The notes under the pieces were generated by a model. It was not told the origin of the DNA and searched no databases. It saw nothing but the letters and a program-made list of their open reading frames with translations. A program made the position numbers and the translations under genes. DNA of 57,599 bases, the filler included, from Platydemus manokwari (lineage: Eukaryota): assembly GCA_037951405.1 (NCBI GenBank). It is 5 parts of 5 records of this genome, joined end to end, with 100 filler letters (N's around TTAATTAATTAA, not from the genome) between each part and the next. Parts side by side here need not be neighbours in the genome. Positions count along the whole stretch, not along the records: positions 37,428 to 48,579 come from JBBMOY010871088.1; positions 48,680 to 57,599 come from JBBMOY011329761.1; 3 more parts are not named here. One strand, written 5' to 3'. This document shows positions 39,000 to 52,600 of the stretch, in pieces. Numbering within the stretch: position 1 is the stretch's first letter; every line of letters begins with the position of its first letter.

Positions 39000-41057
39000 A
39001 ATGGAAAGGAGGAATTATTAACATTAATTATTTAAATAAATACAACGTGTTTCTTTATTTAATCACATCACTATAACAAATATTTTTCTTTTCAATATTT
39101 TGTGGTATAGACTTTCTCAAACTTATTTTTATATTGACAAATTTTTACTTGATCTAAAACTTTATCTATAAGTAGTGGGTTTTGTTTTTGCAAATCTCTT
39201 TAATAATAAATATTTCTTTCGAATATTTTGACGTATATCCTCTCTCAAATTTATTTTTATGGAAGGAAGGAAGAAAGATTTTATCATCCCCATCTATAAC
39301 CGACTCACAGGTTATTAATGTCTCTTTTTTGTACTATAAACTCTTGGTGGAACCAGAGGCGTACATTTGGATGAGTCCTTCAGACAACTCCCTTTGAAGT
39401 ATCAAAAGAGAATATCAATATTAAATACTTCTGCTAAAGTTGCATTTTCTATGTGTTCAACAAAGAAATACTTTGCAACTCCTAGTCACACTAATATTAC
39501 CTCAATTAAAAAACACTATTCACCCCTCATAAGGTCAAAGACATTTGTATCAAAATCATAACTTATTTCTGTGATTTTGCTAGAAATTTTATGAACTTAA
39601 AGAATCATTAGTTACTTACAATAATAATGATAAATTCTCCTCATTCGAAAATGCATTATTATTCGATGAAATATTCAACAAAATACAACTAGGCAAAGAT
39701 GACATTAAAATTGAATGACACTAAGTGAGCCGATAACGGAGAGCTGTGTTTCCATAAAATCGTCGGCTAAATGTGAAATAGTTTTCATAATACCACTTCC
39801 TTTTTTGCCATTGCCCACAATAAACTGGACATTTTCCTATATAACCTTGTCTTTTAGAGAAATCGGAACCTTTCAACCTAGCATCATTATCACTGACTTT
39901 GTTTAATTGGCAATATCTCAGAACACAAATATTTTTCTTCAATTCGCTTCTTATAACTGTGGTTTATGTGTTATAAGGTACACCATTGATTATTGTAATA
40001 ACAGAAATTTCCAATTTCCTAATTCGGACTTTCGCAACAGTATTAATTCTTATGCGAAAGATTTAATTTCTCGTAAATCTAATAAATTACTTCCAATATT
40101 AAGATTAGCAAGTATGATCTTAGATGAACCAAATCCAAACTTATCTAGGTTTCTTGACTATCGACATAAAGCAATCTCTACTTTATAACTTGATAAATTT
40201 CGAACTAAATTGTGTTATCCATGGACTCTTGCTTAAGCTTATGTCTAATTTGATTTCAATTTTCAGAAAGAATTTGATTTAATACGGGTAAAAGTTTTAA
40301 AAAATATTTTACCTTCTTCTATCTCAAACTGTAGAAGATATTGTTGAACATTTCACATATTCGGTTCCTTCGCATTACCTGACCTTGGTATACAGTTTCC
40401 GTACCAAGATGTTTTTAATACTGCACTTATAACCATAAAAGTGATTGACTCGGCCTTTCAGAATGCGTCGGACTATGTACTAAATATTTATCCTTATCCT
40501 AATAATATGATTATATTATAAATTCTATAAAGTTTCCTGATCAGTGGAAGAGGTTTAAGACTCATCTTGTCTGGTGTTCGCACCTAATTGCCTAAATGGA
40601 CACTCTATTAAGATATTGACTACTATAATTAACAAAAGACAGTTGAATTGGATTACTACTGGTCAGCTTGTATCGAAGAATCAGAATTAAGTTTTGAATT
40701 AAATTTTAAATTTAATTCATATAAAGTATCTCACAACCTCCTTCTTTAAAATCTTTGATTTTGTTAATTGTCTCTGTTATAAATAATCTTTTAATAACTA
40801 CTTTCTCATCTCCATTATATCTCCTTCATATCTTCTTTCAAATCTTCTTTTATATTCCATTTTTATCTCTTTTACAACTTCTTTATCTCTTCCTTATCTT
40901 CCTTATAATTCACAGTCGTTGATCTGTTCAGACTCGAGTCCAGATACGTGGTCGCCATCACCATTTTAGCTGCTACTATTTTAAAACCATACATAAAAAC
41001 AAACTGAAAAGTCAAGACACAATCAATTGATATTTAATTCATAATAAATATCTCACA
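39000..41057 (-). mobile_element. Decayed LTR retrotransposon (Gypsy-like) with 5' LTR (~40964-41057) and tRNA-Arg-type PBS
   Basis: LTR segment ttagctgctactattttaaaacc...caagacac...tatctcaca is homologous to 49383-49660. CGTGGTCGCCA at 40947-40957. Broken gag/protease-like reading frames lie downstream on the minus strand. Left boundary approximate. Confidence 0.6.
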
Positions 41058-41469
41058 TCTCTAAACAAAAGAGCACCAAAGTTTCAGTATAGATAATGAA
41101 GAACAATGAAAAACAAATTGTCGTATTAAATTTATTTATATTTTATTTATATTTGATTATTTGATAATTAAATATCAGAACTTTTAAATTTCCGCACTGA
41201 AAATATTCAAATAAACAAAAACAAAAAAATTGAAATGCTTACAAGCAAGATCAAATAAAATTTAGACAAAAATTATTTATTGCATTCAATAAAAAAAACA
41301 ACTGAAAAATGTCTTCATTTAAAATTATAACAAATGATAAAATCATTAAGTGTCAAATTTTGTGTTAAACTAAATGTTTTAATACATCGATTTTGGATTG
41401 AAAAGTTACAAATTTTTAACATTAGATCTCGAATCGTCCAGTCACTTGATATTCCGTTTGAACAAACGA

Positions 41470-44400
41470 ATGGAGGTAATTTATATTTTTCAATAAATTT
41501 TTATAAATAAGATGTATATGAAAGTAAAATAAAGAGTTTATTATTGATATACAGTCTGTGATGTCATAGATGAAGAAATATAAAAAATGTATAATTAGTT
41601 CTTTATAAAATATGTAGATTTGATTCTACAAATAAATACTTTGCAAATCAAATTATTAAAACAATGATTTTTAAAAATTATTCAGAATCAGGTCTCCCGT
41701 TTTAAAATTGGTGATAAAGTATTGATAAATATCAATGACGAGGAAGTTATTAAGAAGATGCAGGAACAGTACGGCGGATGGAATTCAGATATGAATGAAG
41801 TAAATTTGTTAATAAATAAATGATAACAGGTGAATGATAGGTGAAAAATTGATTTTCGATTATGGTGATATTGATTGAGTTTAACTTGCTTGTAATCAAA
41901 TGGAGTAACGAGATAAATTATAAAACCTCTATTGAATAGTGCAGTGTTTAAGCTTTTCAAAAGAATTACTTCTTAAAACAGTTATTTATCTTCATATGTT
42001 TGCAAATTTATTTCTATTATATAATTTAGATATTGCATAATAACAAATTAAAAGTATTTTGAAAAAATAATTCGTTGTCATTGACAATTTTATATCTCAG
42101 TGCACATGTAGACCTTCTGTGGTCATTCAATCAAATAACACCGATGTATTTGTGAAGAGTTTTTCTGGAAAGATATGTCGATTAAATGCTGAATTATTGA
42201 CAATATATGAAAATAGTAAGAAAATAGCCTAAATCATTTTATTAAAACAGTCTGTAATTCAAAGATAATGAATCCGAAGAGGATATCGCTCCAATTGATG
42301 AAAATGAAGTTCTTCAAATCAATCCAGGAGAATTCAATGTTGAAATGAAGAACGTTTTACAAATGCTAGGCTTGCCGAATGTTTGAATATGTTTTGATTC
42401 ATCCTTTTAATTCATTGACATTTCAGGAAAATCCATTAGAAAACTTCATTTTATCTCAGATGATAACTAGTGATCCAATGTTGTACAGTAAAACTGACTC
42501 TAGTGATAGTGAACTGCATTTAGCAGTGCAACGGAACCAACTCGGCCATTGCATTGACCTCGTCAAAAATGGTGCTAATATCAATGCTCAAAATAAAATG
42601 AAATTAACCCCAGTCATGCTGGCTTGTCATTATGGCTACGAAGATATTCTCACTTTTCTTGTCAGATCTGAAGGCGTCGATATTCATCTTGCTGTATTTT
42701 ATTGATATGTCTTGCATTTAATATTTAAATTATGTCATTATTTGCTCTTAATTGTATCGATTTTTAAAATTACTATAAATTTCAGGATATTATTGATTTA
42801 AATTTTTGATGCCATCAACCTTGATTGTATTCGTTTTGATAAAATTAAAAAAATCAGATTAGATAAAATATTCTTGTATTATAATTAATTAAAGATTTTG
42901 ATATATTTTATGGATATAATGCATGTTATGTAGGAGTTCGCTGGCAACACAGCACTTCATTTGGCTATTCTTAATAATGAAATCAAATCAGTCGAAATAT
43001 TATTGAATTCTGGGGCCAATATTCGCACAGTAAATGGAAAAGATTTTAATGCTTGTCATCTAGCAACATTTAATGGTGATGAAAAGTAATTATTTATGAT
43101 TAGTCTAACGTAGCTAGAGTAATTTATTAATTAATTTATTACTGATCATAAAATTGATCTTAACAATAATCAATGTGTGCTCTGTGAAAATAATATAATA
43201 GTTTGTATTGAACAATTGTCACTTATTGATATCATATGACTCTTAAATAGCAGGCATCAGGTTCTGTTTTACACAATGATGATGGCGGATGTAATTTTAT
43301 AAATCGATTTTGCAATTCAAATAAAATTATTTCTGGTTCATTTATTTATTTATTTATTTATTTTTAAACGTAAGCTGTTCGATTTTTGTAGTTTTAATTT
43401 AAACTTTTCTAAATATAATAATATTTTTTGTTATTGTTTATAAAAGTACGATTATATGCGATAACTTATAATCTTATATTTTTAAATTATGATAATATTT
43501 AGCTTAATTGGTGTTGACATTGATCTCAATTTTCTATTTCCATGTGAATAAATTTAGATCTTTCAATGACAACAATATTCAATAACATAATTCATCAGAA
43601 ATAATTGTGTCTCCATCATACTAAAGGTGTGGTTATATGTATTCATGATATCAATCCAAATCTATTCAAATCTATTTAATTTTTTCATTGCTTAACCCGA
43701 TTACATAGTGATTCTATATGTTGCATAATGTGCTTGTATTGCTAAATTGTAATCATTATAGAGAGTGTTGCTACAAATACTGTTTTTTAACCTGTTGTAT
43801 TTATGTTAACAGAATTCTGGAAATCATTCTCAAAAATGGAGGAGATGCTATTATCAATAATCAAAATAAAGATAAATTTGCGCCAATACATATAGCTGCC
43901 ATTAATAATCATGTTGGATGTCTCCAGCTTATAATTAATCACAATGCTGATGTCAATATTCGCAACCGCGTATTTCAAACTGCTTTACATATGTCTGTGT
44001 TTCAAGCATATCTTGATTGTGTGAAAATCTTGGTCGAGAATAATGCCGATATAAATTTAAGAGATATAAATGGTGATACACCTCTCCACGACGGGTTCCA
44101 ATTATTCAAAATGATTAGATTGGAAGTGAATATTATTTTTGTAATTTTTCTTGAATAATAATATCTAAAGACAAAAGGCAGACTGATTGATTTAAGCGAT
44201 TTATTCAAATCAAAGGATGATCTGGATAAACAATTGAAGAATTGTGAAGATATCGTGATGTATTTGGCTGAAAAAGGGGCTAGGTTGGACATAAAAAATA
44301 ATCAAGGCCAAACTCCCATGTCATTTTGTGATGATGAATTATTGAAAGCAAAGGTATTATCGATACAAACTGGGTCAACGATTAGTTTAGTGAGTACTTC

Positions 44401-45310
44401 CATTTACCAATAATGTTGAACAATTTTGTCAAATAATATAACTAAATCAATTCCATGGTGTGGGGTTGATAAAATAATTATAAATAATGTTTAGTTAAAA
44501 TAATTAACTATTTTTATATGAGCCATTTATGTCAAGTAAATGAAGTCATAATGAAGAATATTTGCATGCAATCTATCTGTGATCAAAGTCTGAAAATATT
44601 CCTCCTTAAATATCGTAATAAATTCATTTTACCGAGAAATCATTGCAGCATAATGGTATATAACAATCATAAACACTAGATGGGGATTTTTGGTACTTAA
44701 TTATTAAATTTTACTGACTCTATGCAGATAGTGTCAATAAATTATCTCATCTCTTATGGGTAAACGTTTAAGAGCCCTTCTTCAAGATTTTGTGGGAGAT
44801 TTGGCCTACTTGGCACCCCTTGCACCGAATTTGTGATGAATTTATTTGTTTAGTGAAAGTTACTTCTAGTTGAACTGGGTTCAAGCTAGAATTTTTATTT
44901 TACGGCTACTAATTGATTATTCGGTTTAAGTTATCTTAACTCTTTTTTCAAATGATGATAAATCAAATTTTACCACACTAATAGGGTTTGTTGTTGGCTT
45001 TCACTTGTTAATCATTAATATTTTGGTTAAAATTAAATTTCCAAAAGTAATAAATTTCATGTCTAGGATGTGTCTCGTAAGTGTCGCACTTATGATTGTT
45101 TAGGTCAAAAACTCTAGAAATATTCAGAGTAATTTAAAAAAAAAGAATAGTTCAACCCAGTTAATGATCATAAAATATTTTGAAATCAATATTGCAATGA
45201 ATATTAACATTTAGGTTGAGCAGCCTGCACCTCCCGTTGATGAAATTCCAAAAACAGGTGATGATAAAATTGAGGAATTGCAGAATATATTTCAAAATAG
45301 GCGAAATGAG
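41470..45310 (+). CDS. Mind bomb-derived protein: single Mib-REP (SH3-like) repeat, ankyrin array and coiled-coil-like exon; 3' end unresolved
   Basis: Exons 41470-41475 (ME, uncertain), 41686-41799, 42101-42215, 42265-42380, 42427-42693, 42934-43085, 43813-44125, 44171-44389, 45215-45310. All are GT-AG and phase-consistent (466 codons, no stop). FKIGDKVLININDEEVIKKMQEQYGGWNSDMNE...DVFVKSFSGKICRLNAELLT is a Mib repeat. DFNACHLA, AAINNHV, QTALH, GDTPLHD and YLAEKGARLDIKNNQGQTPMSFC are colinear with MIB1 ankyrin repeats as I recall them. Confidence 0.85.
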
Positions 45311-45553
45311 GTAGAAATATTAATTTATAATTTTAATAAGAACGTTATTTTAATTTCAAAAATAATAAAAATCTCAGAATAAAAGGCATATAACCCAGCC
45401 AACTAATTCTGAAATAAATAACCAAGTTTGTAAAATTACAATAAATGAGAGATAAAAAACAAAAACGAAAATATTTTTTTCATTATAATTAAGTTTTTTT
45501 ATGTTTTCTTTTCTTAATTATTTCTTTAAAATTTCTTTTCATTATTTATGTTT

Positions 45554-46500
45554 TCACGGATAAAATGCATTAAGTCTTGAATAGTATATATTTTTCCGGA
45601 TGAATTTAACATATAAGGATAAAGCAGAATCTATTTTAATTTCTGTTGTTACAAAACATCTATTTATTAATATTGATCTTTCACCTTGGGAACTAACATT
45701 AAAACAAAATATTGAGCCTAACTTTTGAAAATCTAAAATGTGGTTTATTAAAAATTCTTCACATAAATCGATAAAGGCTAAATAGAGTTCTATTTGGTCA
45801 TTGTTGGTTCGATTAATTTGCATCGGCTTATTGTTTAATATAGCCACTTGCCCTTTTTATATTAATCGTTTTCGAATAGTAACAATATTTCTACATCTAT
45901 TTAAATAATTTACCAGAACACGTATATCAGGATGTAATTTTTCTAATAAACCTAATTCATTCTCTGGAGATAAAGTTAATTCTGGCATAAAATTTCTCAT
46001 AATTTAAAAATAAATATTCATTTTACTTTTTGCCATTAAATATTTTCTCATCATCTTAATTTCAATTTAAAGTCAGTCTAATTATCTTGAACACAAATAA
46101 TTGGTTTAAAGGAAACATTTCTGTGATTATGATTTATATAAAGCTTTCTTTTTTAAAAACATTTATACACGTGATTTTACAATGAGTAGTAACATTATTT
46201 TCTAAAAAAATATTTTTCAATTCTTGAATTTCGATAATCAATATTTATTTGATGCCTTCTTAAATTTTTGTTTAATAAGTTCCAACTTAAATTGGATCGC
46301 TTGTTTAACGAAGTTTGCTAACAATGACGAATTACTGATCCATAAAAATAAAATAATTTTTGCGATGGCAGTTTTGCAATGAAGTGTTTTTCTTACTAGC
46401 TATACCTTCAATGCAGTTTCAAATTTATCTATATCGCTGTATTTCTTACCAACCCCACTAACATTAATACACCCAATCTCTACCAATTTTATTTTATATG
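45554..46500 (-). mobile_element. Internally deleted LINE remnant (APE-like start plus RT motif)
   Basis: LVEIGCINVSGVGKK (~46440-46490) resembles an APE endonuclease N-terminus. ELYLAFIDL (ORF 45554..45847) matches LYLAFIDLxKAFD. Confidence 0.45.
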
Positions 46501-47950
46501 CTTTAATCCTATCTTCTCTACTAACATATTTGAATGCAATTTCTTTAACCACAATTATTTCGGTGAGGAAAATTAAAATTAAAATAATTCTAAAATTTAT
46601 TTAAAAACTTTTTAAAAATTTTTATAAACATTGAAAATATAAACATAGATTATTTCATAATTTACTATGACATAATTTTTGAATAAATTTTATATATAAA
46701 CTCTTCCTGTCCTTATTGGCTCCTTCTTTATATACTTTTAATTATATACTTCAGTTAATATACATCTTACTGACTCACTTCGCTTTCTCTGAGAATAATT
46801 TGTTGTGGATACAGGGTATTTTAATTGAAAAATTTAGCTGAATTGCCTAGCTAAATAACATCCTAAATTTTTGTTATTATTTAATCATTTTAGATATTTA
46901 CCTTGAAATATATAATCAAGCATCAGCTACAACAAAAACAAGCACCTATTTAAGCCTAGTTCTACAATCTTTACAGAATTTTGTTTGAATTGCTTCACCG
47001 ATATAATTAGTCTTATAATGATTCAAGGCTTTTACGGAATAACTGGTACATGGTGATATTTGCTGCTAAAGAATTATCTTTCCTTTATAATCTTTAAATA
47101 GCGAATTTAAGATAAAGACTACGCAAACAAAACACAAATTTCTAAAGCAGAAAAATGAGATTTTAGAAACATTAAGATATCTTAGAATTGCAAGAAAAAC
47201 AACTATATATAACAAAATAATACAAATAATCTCGAGAATGAATTCAAGAATGAAGTACTGAGGAGGAACTTTCAGAGGGCACAGAGTAGTAGCAATTTTA
47301 TGAAATTCAAATAATCTAATTTACAATTTGAACAATTCAAATCGAATGTCCATAATGATAATTTTAGCAACAATCTTCTAGTGTTCCAAATTTTAAGGCA
47401 TTAATTGATCATCTGGATATCATATGCAAATTTTATTCAGACTGATGATTGTTGGAAAACATTAAAATATTAATGTTACATAGTTGAATCAGTAATGTCA
47501 TCTAATTTAAACGGCCTTAAATGTCGTCATTTTCACAATAGCCTCAACAAACTGAATCAGATTCTAACTCACAGTCTTCATTCTACCAAAATAGAGGATT
47601 CCAAAGCCAAAACCAGTCCACCTAGCGAAGTCTACGAAAGCTCCATTCCAATTGAGTAGTAGACATTTATAAAACTGTTTTCGGATTTGTTTTATAAGAA
47701 TTTGTGATTTTTGTGATAATCTTTGCTTGAAATATAAACAATTAATGTTGGAATGTGTAAATATATTTTTGATAAATTTATTTTTGGATAAATAAATAAT
47801 TTATGTATAAAATGTATAATTATCATAAAAACAAATGACGCACAAAATAACATTTTTGAGAATATTAATAATGAATAAAAATATAATCACGTTTACAATT
47901 TTTGACAAAAATAATTTGATTCATCTGTTTTATTCATTTTACCATTTCAG

Positions 47951-48579
47951 GACAATCCTTTTGAAGACATGGTTTTATCTCAGCTGATAACCAGTGATCC
48001 AATATTACGCATTAAAACTGGCTCTAGTGATAATGAACTTCACATAGCAGTCAAACAGAACCAACTCGACCATTGCATTACACTCATCAACAATGGTGCA
48101 AATATCAATGCTCAGAATAACTTGAAAATGACCCCACTCATGCTGGCTTCTCATGCTGGCTTCGAAGATATTCTCACTTTTCTTGTCAAATCTGAAGGCG
48201 TCGATATTCATCTTGCTGTATTTTATTGATCTGTCTTGTATTAAATTTTTAAATTATGTCATTATTTGCTTACAATCGTATCGATTTTGGAAATTACTTT
48301 TTAAATTTAGAGATGTCATCGATTATATTAGTGTTGTTGGTATTGATGAAACAATTTTTAAAAAATATATGACCACGCTAAGCCATGCGAAAAATTATCG
48401 ATTAAAAGAAGAAATTGTAAATTATTAATTTTAAAATTAGTAAATCAAAAAGCATAATGATGTTATCAAAAACAAATCAGATGAGATTCGATTTCTTTGT
48501 TATATAATACATTACAGATATTGATATATTTTATGAATATAATGCATGTTATGTAGGACATCGCTTGCAACACAGCACT
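47951..48579 (+). CDS. Duplicated ankyrin module (paralogous to exons 5-6 of the Mib-derived gene), cut by a gap
   Basis: 267-nt exon 47951-48217 (same length and splice sites as 42427-42693), homologous intron, and next exon starting at 48557 (DIACNTA...) before the Ns. Confidence 0.8.
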
Positions 48580-48679
48580 NNNNNNNNNNNNNNNNNNNNN
48601 NNNNNNNNNNNNNNNNNNNNNNNTTAATTAATTAANNNNNNNNNNNNNNNNNNNNNNNNNNNNNNNNNNNNNNNNNNNN
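48580..48679. other. Assembly gap with TTAATTAATTAA linker
   Basis: 44 N + linker + 44 N. Confidence 0.97.
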
Positions 48680-48835
48680 TTTTTAGGACTGACAAACTAT
48701 TACAGGCGATTCATCAAGGATTATGCTTTAATAGCGGCTCCACTATACACCGCAACCGCAGGCGGAGATAAGGAATTACAATGGTCAGAATCGTGTCAAA
48801 CAAGTTTTTTGAAGCTAAAGTCGGCACTCTATTGC
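48680..48835 (+). mobile_element. Ty3/Gypsy RT-RNase H connection fragment
   Basis: FLGLTNYYRRFIKDYALIAAPLYTATAGGDKELQWSESCQTSFLKLKSAL matches the canonical FLGLxxYYRRFI...PL...W...C..AF..LK motif. Confidence 0.88.
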
Positions 48836-49382
48836 TATGTAAACAAATATTATTTACAAAGATAAATAATTATTTATACATTCTGTTGATATTGTACGTT
48901 GATAAACAATTAGCATTCTAATTTCAATCTCAGGTAAGCAATTAGTTAGAAGTAATGATGTTTTATTTCAAGAATCAACTTCAGTTACTTTTCACATGTA
49001 TAATTTAATTGATTAGTTAAGAATATTCTTGCCTTCTTCGGGTCTTATTATATCTGTTGCCATCGAGTCCTATAAGTTTCTGATAAACTCAAAACAAGAT
49101 AAAAATTATACAGAAAAGTACATTTAATGTTCTTAGTCAGTCAGAATTCATTTATAAGAATAAATTAATACGTTCGCACTTGGATATTTATGATAAAACA
49201 ATAAATTAATTGTATGCCAATTTAAAATATCCGATTTGCAAAAATTAATATAATATTTTATCACTACTTATAAAATAATCACCACGTCAATTATAAATAT
49301 ATCAATGGTACTTCATAATTTATTGCTTGTGAAGATTTATAAATCCATTATAGGCTTTATTAATTTTTTTCATAATAATAAT

Positions 49383-49660
49383 TGTTAGCCGCTACTATTT
49401 TAAAAACCACACATTGAAAACGAACTAAGAAATCAAGACACCACAAATCTATTTTAATACAAATATTTAAACAAATAAATCTAATTTATATAAATATGAT
49501 TTTATATTAAATTCGAATTAAATTAGAATTAAAATTTTAATTATATAAAATTCTAATTCATATAAAATTTTAATTAATATAAAATTCTAATTCATATAAA
49601 ATTCTAATTCATATAAAATTTTAATTAATATAAAATTCAATTTATTTGAAATATCTCACA
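49383..49660 (-). mobile_element. Solo LTR (278 bp) with internal ~17-bp tandem array
   Basis: TGTTAGCCGCTAC...TATCTCACA termini, ATAAT on both flanks, internal (ataTAAAATTcTAATTc)n units; same family as 26501-26683. Confidence 0.75.
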
Positions 49661-52600
49661 ATAATAATAATAATAATTTAATAAATAATTAAATAAAAAT
49701 TGAAAAATAAATAAGAAAAATAATGCAAGATACATAATATATTTTGATATGTTTTGATCTGAGGAACAACAATTTAGAAATAATAATCGATTATAAAAAT
49801 ATGGACAATACGTTAATTTAGACTGTTTCTACTATTTGATAATATTCTGTTGTGTCAATGTATAACCATAGAATATTTATTTTCAATCTGTTAAATAACA
49901 TATTGTGAATCTTTTGTGTGCAAAAATTTTGATCGGGTAATAATTTTATGTTTAATGTAAAATTTTTATTTTTTGTGTTAACAATTCCGGAAAAGAATAG
50001 CGATATTTAAATAATAAATCAAATAATAAACCAGAAAATAAATGATATTAATAATGAGCCTTTAAAATCAAAGCCCGTCAAATAAATTCTTCAGGAATTC
50101 CAGCGTGGAACAGAGAACAAATTGTCCTTCAATAAATAATCACATAAGATTTAAACCCAAATTACGACAACAATAAAATTACGGGTGAAAGTGAAAAATA
50201 AAAAATTTCATAATAATAATAAAAATGATTTACATCAAATGAAAAATGGGAGTAATATTGGTAAACCACTAACCCAAATATCGAGGAAAAAGAAAAAGAA
50301 AAGAAAAATTACCATCAGCTCATATGGCAAATAGAAGAGCAAAATAGTCGGAGATAAACACCTGCAGGAAAAAAGAGATAAGGACAAATCTTATTATCTT
50401 CTGATTATTTTCATTGATGTTGTAAAATTCTTCAATAAAATATATTATTATTTATATAAATCAGAAAATAAATTAAGAATAAAAAGGAATTTAATTTATA
50501 ATTTTAAAGGTTGATAATTTATGTAATAAATTTTCTTATGTCGACCAAATTAATGAATTTTAAGTTTAGAGCACTTTTAAAATGATAAATAATTAAGGAA
50601 CAAAGTGACAAAAATTACTAAAATTTACAAGTGGCGGCAAATTATAGGTACAAAGTAACGAATTTCTGCGTTTATATAAACTGATGGATTTCCATTACAA
50701 TGACTCTTTAACGAAAACGCTTACGAGTAAAACTTACTGAAAGCAAAAAGAAAATCGGTAATAATCAAGTTCTATTAATAAAAAAATTAATAACTACTAT
50801 TAAATCGAAAACGATAATGTTAAATAATTTAACTGCCGTTCTAAATTATCACCCCTTTGGAACCCATATTATAAACTAAATTTAAAATAATAGGAAACAA
50901 AAAGAACAATTCCCGGTGAGATAACCCATTTGTTATAGTAAATTAGGATTGAGCTAAAATAGATTGAGTTAATTTTGCATGTGTAAAATTTGATATTATA
51001 AATAAATCATTTTATTGAATTTTTGTAGTGTTTAATTTGATAAATTAAAACAATAATAATTACATTTTAAAGAATTCATATTGTTGAGCTGCATACAACA
51101 CCAATTAAAACAACATATGAAATCCAACAGTAAGCAAACCTGAAAATTCAAGATATTATTTTGTCATACCAGGTTAGTATAAATATAAAGGAGAACGACA
51201 CCAAATTACATATTGAATAACAATTATTTAAACAAATTATGACTCTTGATATTTATTTATAAAATCTATTAAATTTAAATTTCAAAATCCTTCCAATATT
51301 GATTATATTTGTTATCTTTATTGTGTTTGTTATCTTATCAATAATACCTATCATTTCAAAACATTTCGGTTTTCTTAATTCGTTATTTTCTACTTGTTTG
51401 TAGCATCACCTCATAGTGTACGTTATTAGCAATTTGTATATGTCAAAGCATAATGAGAAATAAAGCTTTATTAAATAAAGAAACGAATACAGGATGTACC
51501 TAGACGCTGATATGTTTGTTGAAGATACAATCCAATATTTTTATAAGTCAAAATATTAAACAAGATGGGTAATCTTATCACACGAAGAAAGCAAATTATG
51601 ACTTTTTCTTATCTTATAACTGTGATTCAGTTATTTTAGAACTGAAATGCGTTGGACAACACAGAACTAGTGACAATAAACTACTAAGACAAAATAATAA
51701 TTAAAGAATAGAAAAATTGTAATGAAAGGTGAAAACAAAGTAAAAAAAATCGATATAAATACAAAAGCAAAAAAGTGAAACTCACCCCGAAAATATCTGA
51801 AAGTAAAAATAAATTTATAAACATACATTGTATTTATAACAATCGATTTCATCACCAAATTAGGTGATCTAAAAGAGAAACAGTAAATTAGTTTATTTCC
51901 ATTCTTTAATTTTATTGATAATTTTACAAATTTAATAAGAATAATGATTTTCTGAAAAAAACATCGAAAAATCAAATTTAAACTAAGGTTTTGTTGGTAC
52001 TTGAAGGTTCAATCATCAGCAAAGCTTGAATAGGAAAACAAAGCTCTTATGGCGAAAGCATAAGAGACGTCCTTAAACAAATATACAAAAAAGTGTAATT
52101 CTTAACAATTAATCAATTAAGTAAAAATTAATTGATGTCTATTAATCAATTATTATCCTAGTATTTAGCTTATGAACATTATTGTATTTAATTGAATTTT
52201 ATTGTAGATTTTGTGATCCTAATTATATTTCAATATCATTTATTGATTTATTTATTTTATTTATATGCAGTTTAATAATTTCTAAATAGTAAGCGTACCT
52301 ATTGGAGTCGGATTTAATTTGCATTTTATAGTAAATCAACAAATTCCAAACTGTAACAGCTCGTTAATTTCTACGTATTTTTGAGCTCAATTCGTTTCAG
52401 AAATCTCAAGTAAAAATTATTCAACCCACAAGAAACCAATATACTAGTCAAAATAACAACATCAACAATAGCATAAAAATACAGTCAAACAGTGTTTCTG
52501 GCCTCCAATTCAAAAGAAAACATTTGGAATATAATTTCAATTTTTAAACGCTACCGTACACCATTCACCATGACATTATACGTGCGCTTGAATGTCAAAG

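Noticed and set aside
41688-48428. ORFs 41688..41960, 43787..43978, 44002..44292, 48005..48211 and 48153..48428
   Set aside because: Antisense or off-frame to the Mib-like/ankyrin exons, with no independent motif.
49500-49640. CRISPR-like or satellite short repeats
   Set aside because: Contiguous AT-rich tandem units without spacers, inside a solo LTR in a eukaryotic context.
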